DNA of 44,678 nucleotides, the filler included, from Jimgerdemannia flammicorona (taxonomy: Eukaryota), in assembly GCA_003990765.1 (NCBI GenBank). It is 2 parts of 2 records of this genome, joined end to end, with 100 filler letters (N's around TTAATTAATTAA, not from the genome) between each part and the next. Parts side by side here need not be neighbours in the genome. Positions count along the whole stretch, not along the records: positions 22,395 to 44,678 come from RBNJ01001311.1; 1 more part is not named here. One strand, given 5' to 3'. How positions within the stretch are numbered: position 1 is the first letter of the stretch; the number at the start of each line of letters is the position of its first letter. The notes beneath the pieces were generated by a model. The model saw nothing but the letters and a program-made list of their open reading frames with translations, searched no databases and was not told the DNA's origin. The translations under genes and the position numbers were made by a program. Below, piece after piece: positions 37,907 through 44,678 of this stretch.

Positions 37907-38278
37907 TTATTGCTACATAAAAACACAGTCCTTATATACAAAATGCAATGTTCCAAAAGAGAGGATGCGCCACAACTCGGAGTGAACTGAATTAGGAACC
38001 ACATGATCGCTGGAGATAGGCAGAGATAAAGGGGGAGCCAATCCCAGTTGCAGGTTAAAAATCACAAACAAACACAAACAAAACAAATCCAAATCGAGAT
38101 TAAAAAACATCCGCAGACTCCGGAGGGGTGAGCGCGAGCAAGGGGTGAGGCCGAAATGGAGCGAGCTGCAGCGAGCCCGAGTGAAGTGAGAGACTGAAGG
38201 CAGCAGAGGGGAGCAGAGTGAGGCCAAGACCCTGGAGCGAGCATGAGACCCTGGAGGGGGTAAGGATGTTTTTTAATC
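37779..38278 (-). repeat. 5' pseudo-LTR (direct repeat of 34122-34621)
   Basis: direct sequence comparison. Confidence 0.9.
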
Positions 38279-38766
38279 TCAATTTGGATTTGTTTTATTT
38301 GTGTTTGTTTGTGATTTTTATCCTGCAACTGGGATTGGCTCCCTCTTTATCTCCACCTATCTTCAGTGGTCATGTGGTTCCTAATTCGGTTCGCCCTGAG
38401 TTGTGGCGCATCTTCCCTTTTGGGATGTTGCATTTTGTATATAAGGACCACGTTTTTACATGGCAATAAATGGCTGATGCATTTTTGGTTACATTCTTTG
38501 TTTGTCCCTCTTATACACGCTCTTCCACATGTCTTCTGTTCACTTTGACACTGGCTCTGAGTTTGCTCCCTTAGCTCCCGCTGGGCCTTCTTTCTCCTCT
38601 TTTGTATATAAGGACTGCATTTTTACATGGCAATAAATGGCTAATGCATTTTCAGTTATGTTCTTTGTTCATCCCCCTTATACATGCTCTTCCACATGTC
38701 TTCCATTCGCTTTGACACTGGCTCTGGGTTTACTCCCTTAGCTCTTGCTGGGCCTTCTTCCTCCTC
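38264..38766 (+). repeat. two tandem inverted, truncated pLTR copies (38264-38599 and 38600-38766)
   Basis: reverse complements of 34122-34455 and 34122-~34286; the first forms a ~335-bp-arm palindrome with 37779-38112. Confidence 0.92.
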
Positions 38767-41263
38767 TCCTAGAGTCAGTTGAATATCAGGTTGATGATCA
38801 GCATGAGGAGGAACTTAGGAAGATTGCAAGTGACAGGGCACTTTTCTTGTGGAATTCGAGGAAGGGACTGGAGAAGTGGTATGCAGTCTGCTTGGACTAC
38901 TAGGCAGATATGGCAGAAGTGGACAGGGTGGAATGTCAGGAAATCTTGGGGGCACTGGATGCTCAGGATAATGTGGAGGGTGACTTGGAAGCTGAGCGGC
39001 GCTTGGATCTGGCAGGGGATGAGATGAGCATGGAATTATAGGTTGGGGTCTCTATTACAACTTTTCTTCAATATGAACAGTACAACTAGAATATTCTCAT
39101 TGAATGTTAATGGGTTATGGGGGGTGGCTAGGAGGAAGTATATATTTGGTTGGCTTAAGGGACTGGATGTGGACCTCTTCTTGTTGCAGGATGTCTGTTA
39201 TGAGGTGGATGTGGACTTACAGAATTGGACTAAGAAATGGGGGGGTACAGTGGTTTGGAGGGGGAAAGTGTGTATTCTCATTTGGAAAGGAATGGGGGAC
39301 ATTGGGGACATTGGACATTGGGGGTCTTGGGTGGTGTGGGGAGTGTGGAAGAGGCCTGGATGGGGCCCACTGATGGTTGGGTCCTATTACTGCCCAGCTG
39401 AGAGAGGGGAGAGGGTGGATTGGATTTGCTAATTGAAAGAGGCTGGTATATTGGGAGGAGTTGGACTGGACTGTATGGGGGGTGACTTCAATATGGTACG
39501 GGATAAGAAGTTTGACAGAACTGATGGAGAGAGAGGTGAGCAGGGTGAGAGTGGTGGGTTGGGGGACTGGTTGGAGATGGAGAGGTTGAGTTCTCTAGTG
39601 GACTTGGGGAGACATTTTTGGGCTGATTGGTGGGTGTACACCCACTGGTGGCAGGGCTGGGCTCCAGGATTGACTGGGTTCTAACAGCAGAGTGTTGGGG
39701 AGCAGATGTCTGGTCAGGGCTGGAAGTTGTATGGTGTCCATGGTCTGATCACTGGGGGATACTTGGAGGGGGGAGGTTTGGGGGAAATAAGGATGGGCCT
39801 GGACATTGGTGGCTAAATTCTTCCTTGTTGGAGGATAGGGTGTTGTGGGAGGGTTGGGAAATAGAGGTGGTGGGTAATATCGGCAGGTGGCAGGAATAAG
39901 GACTGGAAATTGGGGACCACTGGAGAAGACTGAAGGCGAATGCTCAGAGGTATTGGAGGGAAGTTGGGAAAGAAAAATATATCCAGTGAAGGTAGCAGGT
40001 GTGGTAGGCCTCACGGCATCTGGCAGCACTCATGGAAAGATGGGCAGGTGTGCTGGAGGATGGGGAAGTAACTGATTGGCATATTGTGAGGATCTGGCAG
40101 GAGGTGGAGGAGCTTAAAGGGGTGCTATGTAGGAAGGAAGAGGAGCAGTTGCAGAGAATGGTGGTCTGCCTACAGTGGTAGGGACTTGAGGAGGGGGAGA
40201 GGCCTACTAGGTTCCTGTCATGGTTGTTACAAGTACAACATATAAGGCAGTGGTGGGAGGGAGTTTTGGATGCAGATGGCAAGCTGATGGTGGGGACTCC
40301 AGCGATTCTGGGCCTATTGCAAACCCGGTGGAGGAATCTTTGGAGTGAGGAGGAAGGAGGATTGGATGCTATAGATGTTGAAAGGCAGCTGGGAGATTGG
40401 CACCTGAACCCTATATTGGGACTTGGGGTATTGGGGGACCCAGTGAGTGGTGAGGAAATTTGCAGGGTTGTGGCCTCAACGAGTAAGGGGACAGCCCTGG
40501 GAGAGGATGGACTTCCCTGGGATTTTTGGCAGAAGATGACTGAGGTGGGCGAGGTGCTAGAGGAAATGACTGCTATGTGCGATGGAGTTCTTCAGTCTGG
40601 TGTTTGGATTGGGGGACAGTACTTAGAGCTAGTCTCCTTGCTCTATAAGAATAAGGGAAGAAGAGAGGACTGGAAGAACTGGTGGCCAATTATGCTTCTT
40701 GACATAGACTGCAAACTGGTGATGAAAATTTTGGTGATGAGGCTGTAAGGAATCGCTCAACAGGTGCTTGGTATGGAACAGCATGGGTTTGTCAGTGGTC
40801 AGTTGATTTGAGATAGGACAGCCTGGGTTCATGGAGTAATTGAAGGTGCCTGGGCAGCAGGGGTGGATGGCAGATTGGTGTTTCTGGACCAAGAAAAGGC
40901 TTATGATAGAGTGCAGAGAATATGGCTAGAGGGTGTGCTAAAATAGATTGGTATCCCTCTGGGGTTCCGAGGATCATTGATCAGCCTCTTGGAGGATAGT
41001 CAGGTGGCATTAGTCATCAATGGCCACAGGGAAGTGACCTTTCCCCTAGGACATGGGGTACTACAAGGGGACCCCTTGTTGCCCATTTTGTATGCCCTCT
41101 CTCTGGAGCCACTACTGGACAGAATTTAGCATCAGATTGGAGGTTTGGACATTTTAGGGGTTAACTGGAAGGTGGGGGCCTTTGCTGACAATATGGTGGT
41201 CGGGCTGGGCTCCTTGGTGGATGTGGGAGAGTTGCAGAGGACTGTGGAATGGTATGAGAGGGG

Positions 41264-42874
41264 CATGTTCCTCCGGTAACATTCAGGTTACACAACCCTT
41301 TGGCAACACTTTCAACACAGTTTCTGGAGAAAAGCTATTAGTATCATGGCGACCAACGAGCATCCGGAGGTGCGTACTGGGCAGGGTGGCCCTGGAGCGT
41401 TTGAATGGCAGCAAGTGGGGAGAGGCCCCGGCTTGGGGGGAAGTATGAGGGGCCTGCTGGCAGGGGGCCATGGTGGAAGAGGGGGTGGAGCTGGAGGTCA
41501 AGGGTCCGGCAGAGTGAGCTTTGTGGAGAAGGTGAAGGGGGGTCAACAGGGAGCTGGACTGGAAAGCTGACTGAGAGGGGGGAAGGTATCGGTGACGGCT
41601 TCCAGGCAGCAACCACTTGGAGGTGCATCTCTGGAGGGCCATAGGAGTGGAGCTGGGGGGGTAGCGGCTAGGGTGGGGACTGCTGATGGGGGTATGACAG
41701 GTGATCTGGAAAAAAATCTAGATGGGACTACTGATGGTGAGCCGAGCAGTGGGAAGGGCACGAGGCCTGGGGACCTGGTGGATGGTGTGATGGGACTGGC
41801 AGTGGCTCCGTTACTCAAGAAGTCGATCTTGGCGTTCGCAGTCACGCTGTGCTTCCGGGGCTTAGCAGTAACGGCAAAAATGGTGTTGGGGCTTATTGCT
41901 AAGCAGGTGGCAGGAGTGACTTCGGTGAAGTTTCTGAAGAGACTGGAGGGGGTGGAGGTGGGATTTGAGGAGGTGGAACCACTAGAGGAGACACTGAAGG
42001 TTGGGTTAGTGGTTGGGGAGGTGTATGTTCCGATGGCGAGGTGTTTGAAATGGGACCCGAGGGTGGTCCAACTGCTGGTGAAAGGAGTACCCATGGTGAT
42101 GGCGATGGAGATGAGGAAGAGAGTGGAGGATGTCATGGCGGAGTATGGCAAGGTGGTGGACATCGGATTCAGGGTCTGGGAAGGGACCATGCTCAGGACT
42201 GGGGATGTGGATGTGAGGATTCGGCTAGCTGGGAAAGAGGCTACCGGGAAGACGAGGGACTGGCCTTCAGTATTGGTCTAGGGGGCTTTCCTGTGCAAGG
42301 TGACATGGGTGAAAGGGAGTGAAGAAGAGGAGGAAGATTTATTGGAAGTACTGGAGGAGCTGGATGGGGCTGTGGAACGGCGAGCTAAGGCCTGGAAGAC
42401 TTTCGAGGAGTCGACGCTCCTGGAGGTAGTGGATGGAAAGAGGATTCGAGTGGACAAGGTGCAGTGGGAAAGGGCTCAAGGGCGGAAGAGGCAGAAGGAT
42501 TTGCTGGCCAAGCTGGGGGGTGGTCATCAGAAGGATGCGAGCATGAAGACGGGTACAGAAGGGGCCGGAGCGAGTGTCTGGGCTGGTGAGAGGAGTGGGA
42601 ATGAAGGGGCAGGGTCCGGAAAGGCTAAGGAGGTGGAAATTAGAGACCTATATGCTGACGGCACCTTGGAGATTTGGGATGACGGCTGGGAGAATTCTCC
42701 CACCCCTTCCCCTCTAATCAGGCATGGCCCGGCTTCCAGGAATAAGCCTGGGGAGAACGTGACGATGCTGGGAACCCAGCAGGTGAAATTCAGTGTTCCG
42801 GAGGTGTTGGATGGGGACCAAGTGGGGGCAGCAGGAGAGGAGGAACTGGTGGATGTCCCAGAGGTGTGGGATGA
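41264..42874 (+). mobile_element. LINE-g: young subfamily A copy nested in the LINE-f RT; ORF1 from 41346 (two TGG-derived stops), cut by LINE-h
   Basis: CATGTTCCTCCGGTAACATTCAGG leader; MATNEHPEVRTGQGGPGAFEWQQVGRG; many CpG retained. Confidence 0.92.
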
Positions 42875-44678
42875 CACCTTTCTCCGGTAACATTCAGATT
42901 ACACAAGACTCAGACAACACTTTCTACAATGTTTTTGGTGTCCAACGACTAACAATATGGATGGCAACGATCGATCTGGTGAGCGTACTGGCCAGGGGGG
43001 TGGCGGCGCCTTTGGCTGGCAGCAGGTGGGGAGGAGAGGAGATGGTTTGGGGATGCCAGGGGCCTCGATGGCTAGCCAGGGCCCCAGTGGCGGAGGGAGG
43101 GGAGGTCTGAGGCAGAGAGGAGGGGAGAGAACGACCTTTGCTGACAAGGTCAGGATGGGGGCGATGGCTTCTGGGCTGGATAGTTGGCTGGGCCTGGGGA
43201 AGGCGTCAATTGCTACTACCGGGGGTCAAGGAGGTGCACCCCAGGGTGCTTCTGGTGGTAGGGAAGAGGCCGGAGTAGGGGCTGGAGATGTGACAGTTGA
43301 TGGGGCTGTGACTGGGGATCTGGCAAAAAATCCAGATGTGACAGCAGTTGGCAATTTGGGACTTGGAGTGGGCACGAAGCCCGGGGACCTGGCGGATGGG
43401 GTGACGGGTATGGTGTCGGCCCCGTTACTCAAGAAGTCAAGGTCTGAATTTGCGGTCACAATGTGCTTCCGGGGCTTGGCAGTGACAGCGAGGATGATTT
43501 TGGGGCTGGTGGCGCAGGAGGCTAGGGGAGCAGCATCGGTGAAGTTTTTGAGGGGGAAGGAAGGGGTTGAAGTGGGGTTCGAGGAGAAAGATGCCTTGTT
43601 GGCAGCCATGGAAAAGGGGGTGATGGTTGGCGGGGTTGTGGTCCCTATGGCTCGGTGTATGCGCTGGGACCCCCGGGTGGTGCAGTTGACGGTGTTGGAC
43701 CTCCCTACGGTGTCGAAGGAAAGGACCAGGGAGTTGGTCGTAGAGGCGATAAAGGAGTATGGCGAGATTGTGGACGTGGGGTTCAAGGTCTGGGAGGGCA
43801 CTGAGCTTCGAACCGGAGATGTCGATGTCAGGGTGAGACTGGCTGGAAAGGAGAATACGGGGAAGTCGAGGGACTGGCCAGCAGCGCTGAGGTGGGGACA
43901 AGTGGAGTGTAAGGTCGCTAGGGTGAAGGGGACTCAGGAGGAGGAGGAGGACTTGCTGGAAGTGCTGGAGGATTTGGAAGGGGCTGTTGCAAGGAGGAGA
44001 TTAGTCTGGAAGGAGTTCGAGGCCAGAACAGTGGTGGGAGAGGTGGATGGGAAGAGGGTTTGGATGGAGAAAGGGGCCTGGGAGAAGTTGCAGGGGAGGA
44101 GGATTCAGAAGGAGTTGTTGGCAAAGTTGGACGGGGGTAGGGTTGGTGGAAGCTCCAGGGAGGGGGCTGCAGGGTTGCAGGAGAGTGCCTGGGCGGAAGG
44201 AGGAGAGATGGCCCAGGGCGGGGCTCTGATTGGAGGCGGGGTGGAGAGGGAGGTTAACCTGGAGGTGGATGCCGATATGGGGGATGATGGGTGCCCTCAG
44301 TATAGTGTGCCGAATGGAGCGGGAGGCGAGGAGGAGCTGATGGATGTGCCGGATGAAGAGTGGGATGAATCAGTAAGGAGGAGCGCGCTGGTGGACCCCG
44401 AGGTGGATGGGGGATGAATTGCTCAGGGGGCGGCGGAGGCGGTCGATGAGGAGAAGTGGATGTGGAAGACCCTGGAAGGGGTAGCAGCTGAAGAGCTGGG
44501 GGGTGAGGACTTCAGGGTGATGGAGGAGAGGCATTGGGAGGAGATTCTACATGGGGAAGAGGTGCTGAGGAAGATGAGGAATGAGATCCTGGCGGTCCTC
44601 TTGGAGTCGGTTGAATATCAGGTTGATGATCAGCGTGAGGAGGAGCTTAGACAGATTGCGAGTGAGAGGGCACTTGTC
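42875..44678 (+). mobile_element. LINE-h: youngest subfamily B copy nested in LINE-g ORF1; runs off the window end
   Basis: CACCTTTCTCCGGTAACATTCAG leader directly after GTGTGGGATGA of LINE-g. Confidence 0.93.
42957..44417 (+). CDS. LINE-h ORF1 protein (486 aa open; the TGA is probably a CGA>TGA mutation and the frame continues to the window end)
   Basis: longest open LINE ORF1; LINE-f has CAA at the homologous codon and homology continues past the stop. Confidence 0.85.
   Translation: MDGNDRSGERTGQGGGGAFGWQQVGRRGDGLGMPGASMASQGPSGGGRGGLRQRGGERTTFADKVRMGAMASGLDSWLGLGKASIATTGGQGGAPQGASGGREEAGVGAGDVTVDGAVTGDLAKNPDVTAVGNLGLGVGTKPGDLADGVTGMVSAPLLKKSRSEFAVTMCFRGLAVTARMILGLVAQEARGAASVKFLRGKEGVEVGFEEKDALLAAMEKGVMVGGVVVPMARCMRWDPRVVQLTVLDLPTVSKERTRELVVEAIKEYGEIVDVGFKVWEGTELRTGDVDVRVRLAGKENTGKSRDWPAALRWGQVECKVARVKGTQEEEEDLLEVLEDLEGAVARRRLVWKEFEARTVVGEVDGKRVWMEKGAWEKLQGRRIQKELLAKLDGGRVGGSSREGAAGLQESAWAEGGEMAQGGALIGGGVEREVNLEVDADMGDDGCPQYSVPNGAGGEEELMDVPDEEWDESVRRSALVDPEVDGG

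Larger units (their letters stand above)
34122..38766 (-). mobile_element. Penelope-like retroelement (PLE), two ORFs, apparently endonuclease-deficient, with direct and inverted terminal repeats
   Basis: PLE-type RT motifs; 500-bp direct repeats at 34122-34621 and 37779-38278; inverted partial copies at 38264-38599 and 38600-38766; no TSD. Confidence 0.88.
32405..41263 (+). mobile_element. LINE-f: subfamily B, 5' intact; ORF1 ~32487-39041 split by the Penelope-like element; ORF2 from 39073, cut just after the FADD-equivalent motif (FADN here) by LINE-g
   Basis: CACCTTTCACCAGTAACATTCAG start; ORF1 stops at GAGATCCTGGTG (34122) and resumes at CTCCTAGAGTCAGTTGAATATC (38766), collinear with LINE-h. 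Confidence 0.93.

Noticed and set aside
36739..38004. overlapping 421-aa Leu/Pro-rich ORF
   Set aside because: alternative frame kept open by the C/T-rich strand; low complexity, no motifs
34122..38766. DIRS-like or TIR DNA transposon interpretation of the inverted ends
   Set aside because: no tyrosine recombinase, RNase H or transposase motifs seen; RT motifs are Penelope-type
773..42880. sequence-specific target site for the LINEs
   Set aside because: flanks of the insertions share no obvious motif; the common sequence belongs to the element 5' end, since the LINE-a TSD lies outside it
1169..43901. numerous Ser/Pro/Thr-rich ORFs antisense to the LINEs, and poly-F/poly-K ORFs
   Set aside because: shadows of G-rich coding strands and homopolymer tails

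Overview
Eukaryotic, entirely repeat-derived and probably heterochromatic DNA. No intact host gene is supported. The window holds eight decayed L1/Tx1-clade non-LTR retrotransposons from about three related subfamilies (ORF1 plus APE-RT ORF2). Seven are on the + strand, seven keep their 5' ends, and several are nested inside each other. It also holds a heavily C>T/G>A-eroded chromodomain Ty3/Gypsy relic, two copies of a hAT-type MITE with 8-bp TSDs, a scaffold gap with an artificial linker, and a decayed, probably spliced gene split by LINE-a. The most unusual object is a 4.6-kb two-ORF Penelope-like retroelement (34122-38766, minus strand). It has no recognisable GIY-YIG endonuclease and no TSD, yet it sits interstitially inside a LINE. 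Both of its ends are the same RNA 3' end in inverted orientation. Its terminal repeat contains a 15-bp inverted repeat enclosing what reconstructs as a cluster of GNA-triloop ssDNA mini-hairpins. All assignments come from reading motifs by eye; no searches were run.
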